Shown piece after piece: positions 39,301 through 54,300 of a DNA stretch of 64,000 nt. Both the position numbers and the translations under genes were made by a program. The DNA lies in NCBI RefSeq assembly GCF_009914755.1, contig NC_060948.1. One strand, written 5' to 3'. Every line of letters starts with the position of its first letter. Position 1 is the stretch's first letter. Below the pieces are notes generated by a model. It ran no database searches and had not been told where the DNA came from. It saw only the letters and a list, made by a program, of their open reading frames with translations. Source of the DNA: the human T2T-CHM13v2.0 reference genome, Homo sapiens.

Positions 39301-42300
39301 GATTCATCAGGCCTCCCTAGGCATTGTAGCGGTGGGTGTTTTTGAAACTTACAGCACTGTAATTTCTAGGTACAGCCTGCCTGTGTTCTCCAGGGTTGCT
39401 CTCTCCCAAGTGAGGCTTCCTGCACAACCACACAACCTCAGGAGTTTCTGGGCTGTTTGTCTCTGTGGGAGTGTTGAGAATATTGGATGTCTGCATGTGT
39501 GTGCGGCATTATCTGTGTGAGTGTGTGTGTGTGTATGTGTGTGTGTGGCAGTAAGTGGAGTCAGCTTAAAGAAGTGCAGCTAATGTACTTCAGTGCTTAT
39601 TTTATTTCAATCTCTTAACCTTTTGGTGGCAGGTCTGTGTTGCTCTGCTTGGGCTGCAGGACCCCTAGTCCTTTATTTTTCAGCGAATCATGAATCCAGT
39701 GTAAATTGAGAGGCAGGCTGAGACCCGCTGGCATTGAAATCACCTCCCGTTGCAAAAAAAGCCACTCTTCTAGAAATAAGAGGAGGATACCATACCAAAA
39801 AACAAATATCTCCCAGTGTTTTATTGCCCTGTAATCAACCCAGGGAAAGACACTAGCAGTCCTGCCTGCAGGGCCCTTTGAACTTACCTCAAATTCGGTT
39901 CCCAGCTGAGCAAGTGCTTCACATCATGAGGGGGCACTTCACAATTGTCTTAGGATTTCATCCTCGAATATAGAGTGTGAGCAGCAATAAGGTCAGATAG
40001 TCGTGAGGGTAAAATCTGGTGAGGGGTGGATGAGATCCCACAACTTCACAAGCAGGAAAAAAAAAGACAGATGACAGAGAATGTGCTTCCAATTCCATCT
40101 CCGCATTTCCTTAATTGCACAAACAGTGCACACAGTGGCTCGGTGTTCATGTAGGAGTACTCCAACAGTCAAGGAAAATTCATAGTGCAAATTGAGGCCA
40201 CCCTGGCAAACTCCCAATTTGAGGGCTTTCATATCTGGAGTCAAATGGAAATGGAATGGATTGATGCCGGGTTGGATGTGGTCTCCAAACTTGCCTCTTC
40301 TTTTTCTGATTTCCATGTTCTTCATCAGCCTAGTGTTTCCTGGGTCTGGTTCAACAACTTCCACACTAAACGTTACTCAGTTCCTGGAGAACGACCCCCA
40401 GGGGAATGCATTGTGTGAGTGTTTCCTTCTAAACGCCATCATGTTTTAAAGACTGGGCACCTTTGATAATTTTAAAACTGTAGACTCCCATTACAGCTGC
40501 CAACAAAGAAATTCTTTTTCTCCCATCTCTATCTCAGGGCTGCATGATTCCTGTAATATGAGAAGCAAGCAGCCACGTCTGGCTTTTTCCTGGTATTCTA
40601 GCCTCTGTTTCATTTCATATTCAAGGCCTTCTTATTATGGAGGGCCCTTTTAATTGGGTTGTTGCTGGATGGGACTCCCTGTCACTGCAGATTATTTAGC
40701 TGCCAGGGATTTCAGAGAGCAAAACGGACTTTGGGTAGACTGCCTGCACTCCAAGTTGTGGGTTGTTGACTCCTTGTGGGGGCTGAGGTTGTTTGCTCTT
40801 TGCAATAGGCTTTTGGGTCCTCTGACAGGAATCATTAAACATTGCTTGGACTCCTGCACAAGGCAACTCATTCCCTCAGGTGAGCTTTGATTTTTCTTAG
40901 CTTTCATGGAGAATCCACAATGCCCCTCAACAGTACTACTGGGCCAGATTTTCAAGCTTTCCATCACAACACATGACATCTGAAACAGTCTCAACCTCAT
41001 CTGCACCTGTGAGAGGCCATTCTGAGCTATGTGAACACTGCTCCACCTTGGACTTGCCTTTAATGTGGTTCCTCTCTTTCCCAGAGAGCCCTTGAGAGGC
41101 CCAGGATGAAGGGAGGCAGTGAGGTCTCTCTCAGGTAGGGCTTTCTGCAGAGCCACACAGCCTCAGGAGCTTCCAGGCTGTGTGTTTCTGTGGAAGTATT
41201 TCAAGAGTTGGATGTCATCGTGTGTGTGGTATTATGTGTTTTTGTGGGTGTGTGTGTTTCCCTTAAATGGTGTCTGTGTAAAGGAATGTGGCTAATGCAC
41301 TTCAGTGCTTCTTTTTTTTTTTGAATCTCAAAACCATTTTTTGGCCTGCCTGTGTGGCTCTGCTTGGCTCTGGGGCCCCATGTTCTTTATTTTTCTGTGG
41401 ATCATGAATCCACAGTAAATTGGGAGGAGGGCCAAGACATGTCAGTATCCAAATCACCGCCCCTACACAGAAAGCCACTCTTCTAGAATGAAGAGGAGTA
41501 CATCACACCAAAAAACAGACCTCCCCCAGTGTTTCATTGTCCTGCAGCCAACCCAGAAAGAGACACTAGGATTCCTTTCCACAGGGACCATTGAATTTAC
41601 CTTGAATTTGGTTGCCAGCCAAGTATTTACTTCATCTCATGGGGGGGCAGTCTTCCATCATCTTGAGGTTTCATCCTGGGACAGAGTATGGGCAGAAATA
41701 AGGTCAGATAGAGATGAGGATACAATCAGTGAGGGGTGGAACTGTTCCCACAAATTCACCTGCAAAACAATGAAGACAGATGATACACATGGTGCTTCCA
41801 ACTTCATCTCCACATTCTCTTAATTGCGCAAGAATGGCCCAGTGTTCAGTGGGATTGTCCAATGCTAAAGGAACATTTGGAGTGCCAATTTGGACCATCC
41901 TTGGAAACTTTCAATTTGAGGGTTTTCATACCAAGAGCCAAATATGAGTGGAATGGATTGATGCTGGGTGGGATGTGGCCTCCAGATTTGCCTCTTCTTT
42001 TCCTGACTTCCATATTCCTTGTTTGTCTAAGGTTTCCCGGGTCTGGGTCAGGGAGTTCCACACTAAACATTTCCTAGTTCATGGACAACAACCCTCATGG
42101 AGTCCATTGCATGACTGTTTTCTTCTAAAGAATGGATGTTTTAATAATTGGACAGTTTTGATAATTTTAAAACCATAAATTTCTGTAACAGCAGACAACA
42201 TGGAAATTTGTTCTTCTACTTTCATTGGAGGGCTGTATGATTCCTGTAGGATGAGAAGCAGGAGGCTGTGTCTGGCGTTTGCCTGGTAATTTAGCCTTTG

Positions 42301-45300
42301 TTATATTTCATCTGCATGGCATCCTCATTTTGGAGGATCTCTTTCATTGGGCTTTTATTAGATGGGACTGCCTCTGTACACAGATTACTTAGATACCAGG
42401 GATTTCAGAGAGCAAAAGGGACCTCAGATAGTCTGGCTGTGCTCCAGGTTGTTGGTCACTGACTCATTGTGAGGGCTAAGATTGTTTGCACTTTGCAGGA
42501 GGCATTTGGGTTCTCTGATAGGAACCATTGAACATTGAACATGGCAGCTTATCTTATCAGGCAAGCCTTGATTTTTATTTATTTTCATGAGGAAACCACA
42601 CTGCCCCTTTACAGCACTATTGGATACTCTTTTCAGGCTTGCCATTGACACAGACAGCCTCTGGGACACTCAACCTCAACTGCACCCATGAGAGGCCAGT
42701 CCAAGGTGTGAGTACACTGCTCCAAATTGGACTTGCTTTTGTCGTGGTTCTTGTCTTTTCCAGGGAGCCCCTCCAAGGTCAAAAATGAAGGGAGGCACTG
42801 AAGTCAAGAGCTTTACCATCTTTTTCTGACACCCACCTCTAGTGTCTCAGGTACAATTTTATCACCCAAAGAACTCTCAACAACACACCAGACAATATTC
42901 CAACTCCCCATGGGACCCCATTCTTGCACACAGCCTCTTTCGGAAATGGAGTCAGAAGAGCAGTTTCCAGTGACCACTTCACAGTCTAAAAATGCCTCAG
43001 CCCTTAGTGGGAACCAACCACCGACTTGGCCAGAAGAGGCCCTGAATTTGAGAGTTTTAGTGTCCCACAGTGGGTTTTCATAGGCAGTTTTTTTTTTTTT
43101 TTAATACCAGGCTGGCTCAACTTGTACCATTATTCTCTGCTTAGGCAGATGGATAGCTCTGACAGCCAGGCACCTCAGAAGTGCTCATGTGCTAGTGCTA
43201 GGGCATTAGGCCTGATTGTGAGCTCTGGCTAGCATCACATTAAATGTATCCATTGCCTAGCAACAAGTCCCTGTGGACTGGCGGAGAAAGAGACCTCCAT
43301 GGAAAAGTGTCAGCAGTGGACTGTAGCCTGTCTTCTCTGTGGGATCCACAGAATCAACTCATGATCCTAGGAGAGGGCAGATGTGAGCCTTTCTGAAGAA
43401 ACATTAAGCGCAGCCCCAGGAATAAACCATGAAATCCCTAAGAATCCAAAAGGATCTGCAGAATTTCTCTGGCCTGTCTAGACTTTGTAGACTTGAACTT
43501 ATTTGAAACTTACCCCACCGTGGTTTCTAGGAACAGCTCAGCTCGCCTGTGTTTTACTGGGTTGCTCTTCCCCAGGTGGGGCTTCCTGCAGAAGCACACA
43601 GCCTCAGGAGCTTCCGAACTGTGCATTTCTGTGGAAGTGTTGTGAGAGTTGGATGTCTGTGTGTGGGTGTGGTATTGTGTGTTTCAGTGGGTGTGTCTCT
43701 GTCCCTTTAAGTGGAGCCTGCTTAAAGGAATGTGGCTAATGCAGTTCAGCGATTTTTTTTTTAGGTCTTCCAACCTTTTGGTGGCCTGTTTGTGTGGCTC
43801 TGTTTGGGCTGTGGGACTCTGTGTTCTTTATTTTTCTGTGGATCATGAATCTGCAGTGAATTGTGAAGCATTCTGAGATGTGCCAGCATCCAAATCACCT
43901 CCCCCTGAAAAAAGAAAGCCACTTTTCTAGAAGCAGGAAGAGCGCAGCACATGGAAAAACAAATATCTCCCAGTGTTTCATTGTCCTGTGGCCAACCCAT
44001 GGAGAGACAGTAGGAGTCCGGTTTGCAGAGCCCCTTGAATTTACCTTGAATTCAGTTCCCAGCTGAGAAGGTGCTTCACTTCGTGAGGGTGTACTCCTAC
44101 ATCATCTTGTTATTTTATCCTGTGACATGGAGTGTGTGCAGCACAGTCACAGATAGGGGTGAGGATACAATATAAAGAGGGGTGGATGGGGTCCTGCAAC
44201 TTCACCTGAAAAATAAATGAAGACAGATGACACAGAAGGTGCTTTCAACTCCATCCCTGAATTCCCTTAATTGCACAAGCAGTCCACACCGTGGTCCAGT
44301 GTTCATGTGGGAGTACTATAACCTGCAAGGAACATATGGAATGTAAATTGAGACCATGCTGGCAAACTCCCTATTTGAACGTTGCCATACCTGGAGCCAA
44401 ATGGATGCTTAATGGATTGATGCTGTGTGGGATGTGGCCTCTAGACTTGCCTCTTCTTTCCCTGATTTCCATGTTCATCCTTGGCCTAGGGTTTTCTGGG
44501 TCTGGCTCAATGACTTCCACAATAAACATTTCTCAGTTCACGGAGAACAACCCTCATCAGAATCCATTGCATGAGTGTTCCCTTCTAAACACCGTAATGT
44601 TTTATTGACTGGGCAGCTTTGACACATTTGAAACCATAAATTCCATTTACAGCTGCCAACAAGGAAATTCTTATTCTCCCACTTCTATCAGAGGGCTGCA
44701 TGACTCCTAAAGGATGAAAAGCAGGCAGCCATGTCTCACTTTTTCTTGGTAATTTAGCCTCTGTTTCCCTTCATCTGCACGGCCTTCTTATTGTGGAGGG
44801 GCCATTTCATTGGGCTGCTGCTGCATTGGACTGCCCCTCTCCACAGATTATTTAGATGCCAGGGATTTTGGAGAGCAAAAAGGACTTCAGTCATGCTGAG
44901 GGTTCTGCAGGTTGTGGGTTGCTGTCTCAGTGTGTGGGCTGAGGTTGTTTGCACTTTGCAGGAGGCTTCTGCGTTTTCTGACAGAAACCTTTAAACTTTG
45001 CTTGGACTCCAGCACAAGTCAGCTTGTTCTCTTAGGTGAGTATTGATTTTTCTTTGCTTTCATGTTGGGTCCACAGTGCCCATCAACAGCACTACTGGAA
45101 ACCTTTTTGAGGCTTCCAATCACCACAGATGTCCTCAGCATCACTATCTCAACCTCAGCTACACCCATGGGAAGCCAGTTTGATGTGTGAAAACACTGCT
45201 TCCGCTTGGATTTGCCTTTGTCATGACTCCTGCCTTTTTGAGAGAGCCCCTGTGAGACCCAGGATGAAGGGAGGCAATGAGGTCAAGGGCCCATCCATCT

Positions 45301-48300
45301 TCCACTGACACCCGCCCCTGGTGTCTCATTTATGATTACATTAATGAAAGACTTATCAACAACTCACCAGACTATTTTCCAGTCCCTATGGGACCTGATT
45401 CTTGCATGCAACCTCTTTCAAGAATGGAGTCAGAAAAGCAGTTTCCAGCAACCATCTCACAGTATCAAAACACCTCCTCTTCCAATGCAAGCATGGGGAC
45501 GGCCCAAAGCAGCCCTGAGGTCCAGATTTTCTGGTCCTGCAGTGGCTTATCACAGGCAGCTTTTTTCTCGATACCAGGCTGGCTCTGCCTGTAACATTCT
45601 TTTCTGCTTAGACAGGCTGACAGCTCTGACAGCCAGGTGTTCAAACTGCCTCAGCAATGGGCACGTGCTAGTCTCAAGACACCAAGCCTGAGATGTGAGC
45701 TCTAGCTAGCATCACTGTGAATGCCACCATTGTCTAGCAACAATTCTTTGTGGCTTTGCAGAGAAGGAGACCTCCTTGGAGGTGTGCCTTCCCATATCAT
45801 TTTCCTCTGCTTAGGCAGGTTGACAGCTCTAACAGCCCGGTGTTTGAGCCTGCCCACAAATGACCATTATCTAGTCTCATGCACCAAGCATGAATGTGAG
45901 CTCTAGCTAGCATCACAATGTATGTCACCATTGCCTAGTGACATGTCCCTGGGGCTTGGCAGAGAAGACTTCTCTAGAGGTGCTTTAGTGCTGGACTCTT
46001 GCCTGTCTTCTCTGTGGTATTTATGGGATAGCCCCATGGTCCTAGGAGAGGGCAGAAATGAGCTAGCCTGAAGAAACTTCAAGCAGAGACCCAGTAATAG
46101 ACCACAAAAGTCCTAAGTATCCAAAAAACCTGCAGGATGCCTCAAGCCTGCCTAGATGTTGTAGGGGTGAATCCTTTAGAACCTCGCCTCATTGTGATTT
46201 CTAGGTACGGCCTGCCTATGTTCCCCAGAATTGCTGTCTCTCAGATGGGGCTTCCTCCAGAACCACACATCCTCAGAAGCTGCTGGCATGTGTGTTTCCA
46301 TGGGAAAGTTGTGAGTGTTGGATGTCTACCTGTGTGTGAGTCATTTTGTATTTGTGTGTTTGAGTTTGTATGTGTGTGTGTGTGCACATGCCGGTAAGTG
46401 GAGTCTGCTTAAAGAAATGTGGCTAAGACACTGTAGTGCTTTTTTTTTTTTTTTGAGTCTCCCAACCTATTAGTGGCCTGTCTCTGTGGCTCAGCCCGGG
46501 CTGTGTAGCCCCGTGTTCTTTATTTTTCTATGGATCTTGAATCCACAATAAATTGGAAGGCTGGCTGTGACCAGCCGGGGTCCACATTACCTCATCCTAC
46601 AAGAAAAAGCCACTCTTCTAGGAAGAAGAGGAGCACACCAAACCCAAGAACAGAGACCTTTCAGTGTTTTCTTGTCCTGTGGTCATCCCAGGGAGAAACT
46701 CTAGCAGTCCTGTCTGCAGGGCCAATTGATTTATGTTGAATTCAATTCCTAGCTGAGCAGGTGCTTCACATCATGACCAGGCACTCCTCCATCATCTTGG
46801 GATTTCATTCTGGTACAAAAAGTGTGAGCAGCAATAGGGTCAGAGAGGGATGAGGATAAAATCTGGAGGAGTAGATGGAGTCCCACAAATTCATGTGCAA
46901 AAAAATGAAGACAGATGACAGAGAAGGTGCTTCCAAATGCATCCCTGCATCAGTTAATTGCACAAGCAGTCCACAACGTGGCCAGTGTTCAGGTGGGATT
47001 ACTGCAGGGAACATTTGGAGTGCAAACTGGGGCCATCCTGACAAACTCCCAATCTGAGGGATTTCATACCTGGAGACAAATGAGAATGGAATGGATTGAT
47101 GCTGAGAGGAATGTGGCCTCCAAACTTGCCTCTTCTTTTCCTGACTTCCATGTTTCTCATCAGCCTAGGGTTTTCTGGGTCTTGCTCAACCTCTTCCATA
47201 CTAAAGGTTTTTGAGTTCACAGAGTATGACCCTCATGGGAATCCATTGCATGAGTGTTTTCTTCTAAACACTGTCACGTTTTAATGACTGGGCAGCTGTG
47301 ACACTTTTAAAACCATAAATTCCCATTACAGCTGCTAACAAGGAAACTTTTATTCTCCAACTTCTATCAGAAGGCTGCATGATTCCTTTAGGGTGAGAAG
47401 CAGGCAGCTGTGTCTAGCTTTTCCCTTATAATCTAGGCTCTGTTTCAATTCTTATATAGGTCTTTTCTCTTTATGGAGAGGGTCTTTCATTGGGTTGTTA
47501 ATGCATGGGATTGCCTCTCGCCACAAATATTTTGGCTGCCAGGGATTTTAGTGAGCAAAAGGGACTTTGGGTTGGCTGGCTGTGCTTCAGGTTGTAGGTT
47601 GTGGTCTTTTTGTGGGGACTGAGGTTGTTTGCACTTTGCAGGAGGTTTTTGAGTCCTCTGGCAAATACTGCAACGTCGCTTAAACTCCAGCACATGTCTG
47701 CTTCTTCTCTCAGGGGAGCTTTATTTTTCTTTGATTTCACTGGGTTCCACAGTTCCCTCAACTGCACTACTGGACACACTTCAGGTTTGCAATTGCCAGA
47801 GAAGGCCTCTGAGACATAATCTCAACCTTATCTACACCTGTGAGAAGACATTTTGAGGTGTGAGAACACTACTCTCATATAGACTTGTCTTTGTTGTGGT
47901 TCCCAGCTTTCCCAGAGAGCCACTGTGACTCCCAGGATGAAGGAAGGCAGTGATGTTAAGAGCCTGACCATCTTTTGTTGACATGTTCCTCAGGGGTCTC
48001 AGGTATGATTACATCACTCAAAGACCCCACAAACTCTCACCAGACTGTATTCCAATCCCCATGGGGTCTTATTCTTGCACAGAGCCTCTTTTGGGAACAG
48101 AGTCAGAAGAGTAGTTTCCAGTGACCACCTCACAGTCAGGAAACGTCTTCTCCTCCAGCATGACCCAACCATGGAGATGGCACGAAGGGGCCCTAAGGTC
48201 GAGATTTCTAGGGTCCTGATGTGGGTTACCACAGGCAGCCTTTTCCCCGATAACAGGCCAACTTTTCTTGTTCCATTTTCCTTTGCTTAGGCAGTCTGAC

Positions 48301-51300
48301 AGCTCTGACAGCCGGGTGCCTGAGTGTGCCTCACAAATATGGATGCGCTTGTCTCAGGGCCAATGGCAAACTCTGGTAGCATCACAATGAATGCCACCAT
48401 TGCCTAGGGACAAGTCCTTGAGGCTTGGTGAAGAAGGATATTTTCATGGAGGTGCATCAGTCATCGACTCTTGCTTGTCTTCTCTGTGGGGTCCATGGGG
48501 TAGTCCCATGATAACTGGAGATGGCAGACATGAGCCAGCCTGAAGTAACCTCAAGCAGAGCCTTAGGAATAAACCATGAAATCCCTAAGGATCCAGAAAG
48601 ATCTGCAGGATGCCTCAACCTACCTAGACATTGTGAGGGTGAGTCTTTTTGAAACTTGCTCCACTATGATTTCTAGGTAGAGCTTGCCTGCGTTCCCTGG
48701 AGTTGCTCTCTTCCAGGTGGGGCTTTCTACAGAATCACACAGCTTCAGAAGCTGCCAGGCTGTGTTTTACTGTGAGAGTGTTGCATGTGTTGAAAGTCTG
48801 CATGTATGCGTGGCTTACTGTGTATGTGTGTTTGTGTGCCTGTAAGTAAAGTCGGCTTAAAGGAATGTTGGTAACACACTGCAGCACTTCTTCTTTTTTT
48901 TTTTTTGAGTCTCCGAAGTTTCTGATGACCTCTCTTGACCTCTCTGTCTGACTCTGCTTAGGATGTGGGGCTCTGTGTTCTTAATTTTCCTGTGGATCAT
49001 GAATCTGCAGTGAATTGGGAGCCTGGCTGACACGTGCTGCAGTCCAAACCAACTCCTTCTGAAAACAAACAAACAAACAAACAAAAAACACTCTTCTAGG
49101 ATTAAGAAGAGCACATCACACCCAAGAAGATATATCTATTGGTGTTTCATTATCCTGCAGCAAACCCAGAAAGAAACAGTAGCAATCCTGTCCACATGGC
49201 CTCTTGAATTTACCTTGAATTCCCTTCCCAGATGAGCAGGTGCTTTGCGTTATGAGGGGTCAATTTTCTATCTTCCTGGGATTTCATTATGGGAAGAAAG
49301 ACTTCGAAGGTGCTTCCAACTTCATTTCCACATTTCCTTAATTGCAAAACAGTTGACACCATGGCCCGGTGTTCCAATGTGAATACTCCACGGTGCAGGG
49401 AACATTGGAAGTGCAAACTGGTCATTCTGGAAAACTTTTGATTTGAGGGTTTGTGTACGTGGAGAAAAACGACAGTGGGGTAGATTGATGCTGGTTGAGA
49501 TGTTGCCTCCACACTTTCTTCTTCTTTTTCTCACTTTCATGTTCTTCATTGGCCTAGAATTTCCTGGGTCTGTCTCAACATCTTCCACACTAAATATTTC
49601 CCAGTTCGTGGAGGAGGACCCTCATGGAAATGCATTGCATGAGTGTTTCCTTCTAAACACTGTCACATTTTAATGACTAAGCTGATGTGATACTTTTAAA
49701 ATGATAAATTCCTGTTTCAGCTGCCAACAGGGAAACTCTTGTTCTCCCACTTTTATTGGAGGGCTGCCTGATTCCTTTAGGATGAGGAGCAGGCAGTCAT
49801 GTATGGCTTTTTCCTGGTAATCTACACACTGTTTCATTTCATCTGCAAATCCTTTCTCATTGTGGATGGTGTATTTCATTGGGCTGTTGCTGGATGGGAC
49901 TACCTCTCCATACAGATCTTCTTAATGCCACCAATTTCAGGGAGCAAATAGGACTTCGAGTACGCTGGCTGCACTCCAGCTTGAGGGTCATTGTCTCGTT
50001 ATGGGGGCTGAGGTTCTTTTTAATTTGCAGGCTTCTGTTTCCTCTGACAGCAGTCTTTGAAAGTTTCTTGGACTCCAGCTCATCAGCTCATTTTCTCAAG
50101 TGAGCCTTGATTTTCATTTGCTTTCATGCTGGGTCCACATTATCCCACAACAGCACTACTGAACACCCTTTCAGGTTTGCTATCACCATGGATGTCTGGT
50201 GTGGCAATTTCTCAACATCATCTGCACCTTTAAGAGGCCAGTTAGACATATGGGAACACTGCTTGATCTTGGACTTGCCTTTGTCATGGTGCCTGCCTTT
50301 CCCAGATAGCCCGTGCAAGGCCCAGGATTATGGGAGGCATGAAGTCAAGGGTCCAGCCAGTTTGCTGACACCTGCCTCTGAGGTCTCAGGTATAATTCCA
50401 TCACACAAAAACCCCTCAACAGCTCACCAGATAATAATCCAATCTCCATGGGACCTGATTCTTGCACACAGCCTCTTTCGGGAATGAAGTCAGAAAAGCA
50501 GTTCTCAGCGACCACCTCAGAGTTTAGAAATGCGTCCTCCAGCAGGTCCCAACCACAGAGATGTCCCAAAGGGGCATTAGGGTCGAGAATTTTATGGTCC
50601 CGCAGTGGACTATTGCAGGCAGCCTTTTTCACAACACCAGGCCGGATCTGCCTATACCATTTTCCTCTGCTTAGGCAGACTGAGAGCTCTGAGTGCTCTG
50701 ACAGGCAGGCAGTCTCTCCCAGGTGGGGCTTCCTGCAGAACCATGCAGCCTCAAGAGCTGCCTGTCTGTGGGTTTCTGTGAGAGTGTTGCTAGTGTAGGA
50801 TGTCTCTATGTATGTGTCTTTGTGTGTGTGTGCATGTGTGTGCATGCCTATAAGTGGAATCTCCTTAAAGGACTGTGGCTAATGCACTTCAGTGCTTCCT
50901 CTTTTTGACTTCAAACTTTTTGTTGGCCTGTCTGTGTGGCTCTGCTTAGGCTGCAGGGCCCCGTGTTCTTCATTTTTCTGTGGATCATGAATCCGCAATG
51001 AAGGCAAAGGCTGGCTGAGACCCACTGGGGTCCAAACAACTTCCTTCTGAAAAAAAAAAAGAAGCCACTCTTCTAGAAAGAATAAAAGCACACCACAACC
51101 AAGAATAGAAACTCCCAGTGTTTCATTGTTTATGAGCCAAACCACTAGTAGTCCTACCTGTGGGGCTTCTTGAATTTTCCTCAAATTTGGATCCCAGCTT
51201 AGAAGGTACTTCACATCATGAGGGTCACTCCTCCATTGTCTTGGGATCTCATTCTGGGACAGAGCGTGTGATCAGCAATAAAGTCAGAAAGTGGTGAGGA

Positions 51301-54300
51301 TACAATGTGGTGAAGGGTGGATGGGGACTCACACCTTCACCTGCAAAAAAGGTGAAAACAGATGACATAGAAAGTGCTTCCAACTGCATCCTCAAATTAC
51401 TTTAATTGCACAGCAGTCCACCAAATGGCCCAGTGTTCAGGTGGGAGTACTCCAACGTGCAGGGAACATTTGGAGTGCAAACTGAGGCCATTGTGTAAAC
51501 TCCTGATTTGAGGACTTTCATACCAGAAGCCAAATGAGAGTGTGATGGATTGATAGTGGGTGGGATGTGGTGTCCACACTTGCCTCTTTTTTTTTTCCTG
51601 ACTTCCATGTTCCTCATTGGCCTAGGGTTTTCTGGGTCTGGCTCAAGTTCTTCCACACTAAAGGTTTCCCAGTACAGGGAGGACGGCCCTTATGGGAATT
51701 CATTGTATGAGTTTTTCATCTTAACACTGTCAAGTTTTAATTATTTGGCAGCTGTGATACATTTAAAAACGTGAATTCCCATCACATCTGCCATCAAGGA
51801 ACCTCTTGTTCTACCACTTCTATCCGAAGACTGCAAGATTTATATAGGATGAGAAGTAGGCAGCCATGTCTGGCTTTTGCCTGACATTCTAGCCTCTGAT
51901 GCATTTCATCTGTGTGTCCTTTTTCCTATTTGAGTGGGTGGTATTTCACTGGGCTGCTGCTGGATGGTACTGTCTCTCATCACAGATTTTTTTTTTCTGC
52001 CAAGGATTACAGAGAGCAAAAGAAACTTCAGGTAGGCTGGCTGTGCTGCAGGTTGTGGGTTGTGGTCTCCTTGTGGAGGCTGAGATGGTTTGCACTTTGC
52101 ATTAATATTTTGGGTCCTTTGATAGGAATGATTGAACATTGCTTTGACTCCAACACAAGAAAGATCATGCTCTCAGGCAAGCCATGATTTTTCTTTGCTT
52201 TCATGTGGTGTCCACATTGCCCCACAGCAGAACTACTGGACATAATTTTCCAGTTTGTAATGGCCACAGATGGCATCTGAGACTCTGTCTCAACCCCATC
52301 TGCACACTTGAAAAACAATTTCAAAATTTGAGAAGACTGCCCCACCTTGGATTTGCCTTTGTCATGGTTCATGCCTTTCCCCGACAACCCCAGCAAGGCC
52401 CAGGATGAAGGGAGTCAATAAAATGAAGTGCCCGGCTATGCTTTGCTGGCGTCTCCCTCTGGGGTCTCAGGTATGATTCTATCACCCAGAGACCCCTCAG
52501 AAACACACCAGACTATAATCCAGTTCCCATGGGACTCGATTTTGCACACAGCCTCCTTTAGGAATGGAATCAGAGGAGCAGTTTCCAGTGACCACTTCAG
52601 AGTTCGGAACAACCCCTACTCAAGCAGGATCCAACCACGGAGACAGCCCAAAAGTGCTCTGATATTGAGACATTTAGGGTCCCATCGTGAGATTTTGCAG
52701 GCAGCCTTTTTTCCTATACCATGTCTGCTCTGCTTGTACCATTTTTCTCTGCTTTGGCAGGCTGAAAACTCTGACAGGTTGGTACCCAAGCCTGCCTTAT
52801 GAATGTGCCTCTGCTAGTTTCAGAGCACCATGCTTGATTGAGAGCTCAGTCTAGCATCAAAATAAATGTCATTATTAATGAGAAACAAGTCTCCGTGGCT
52901 TGGCGGATAAGGAGACCTCCCTGGAGGTGCGTCCGCTGTGGGCTCTCTCCTGTCTTCTCTGTGGCATTTATGAGATTTTTCCCATGATCCTAGAAGATAG
53001 CAGACATCAGCCAGCCTGAAGAAACATCAAGCAGAGTCCCAGTAATAAACTGCAACATTCCTAAATATCCAAAAAAATCTGCAGAATTCCTCAGGCTGCC
53101 TACATGTTGTAGGGAGGTCTTTATGAAACTTGCCCCACTGAGATGTCTAAGTACAGCCTGTCTGTGTTACCTGGGGTTGCTCTCTCCCAGGTGGAGCTTT
53201 CTGCAGAACCATGCAACCTCAGAAGCTGATGGGCTGTCGTCTGTTTCTGTGGGAGTGTTGTAAGTGTTGGATGTCTGCTTATATGTGTGTCATTGTGTGT
53301 GTGAGTGTGTGCGTGTGTGTGGATGTTTGTGTGTGTGTGTGTCTGTAAGTGGAGTCTGCTTAAAGTAATATGGCTAACGGACTTCAACAATTTTGTTTTG
53401 TGTCTGTCAAAATTTCGATGACCTGTCTGTGTTCCTCTGCTTGGGCTGCAGGGCTCTGTGTTCTTGATTTTTTGGTGGATCATATATCCACAATGAATTG
53501 GGAGGTGGGCTGAGACCTGCTAGCATCTGAGTCATCTACCCCTGCAAAAAAAAAAGCCACTCTTCTAGAAAGAAGAGGAGCATACCACACCAAAACACAA
53601 GTATCTATTAGCGTTCCATCATCCTGCAACCAACCCAGCATGAGACACTAGTAGTGCTGTCCACCAGGCTTCTTGAAATTACCTCGAATTCAGTTCCCAG
53701 CCAAGCAGGTGCTTCATAAGGTGAGTAGACACTCCTCTATCATCTTGGCTTTTCATCCTGGGACATTAAGTGTGAGCAGAAAAGTGTCACATAGGGGTGA
53801 AGATACAATCTGGTGAGGGGTGGATGGGGTCCCACAATTTCACCTGCAAAAACAATAAATGAACACAGATGACACAAAACGTGCTTCCAACCCCATCCCC
53901 TCATTCCTTTAATTGCATAAGCAGTCCACACAATGGCCAGATGTTAAAGTAGGAATACTTCAAAGTGCAAGGAAATTTTAACATGCAAATTAGGGCCATC
54001 CTGAAAAACTACGGATTTCAGAGTTTTCATACCCAGAGTCAAATGGGAGTGGAATGCATTGATGCTGCATGGGATGTAACCTCCATACTTGCCTCTTCTT
54101 TTCTTGCCTACCATGTTTCTCATTACCCTAGGGTTTCCTTTGTCTAGCTGGATGACTTCCACAATAAACATTTCCCACTTTATGGAGAACAACCCTCACG
54201 GGAATTTATTTCCTAATTGTTTCTTTCCAAACATTGTCACATTTTAATAACTGGGAAGGTTTGATACTTTTAATATCATAAATTCCCATTACAGCCAACA

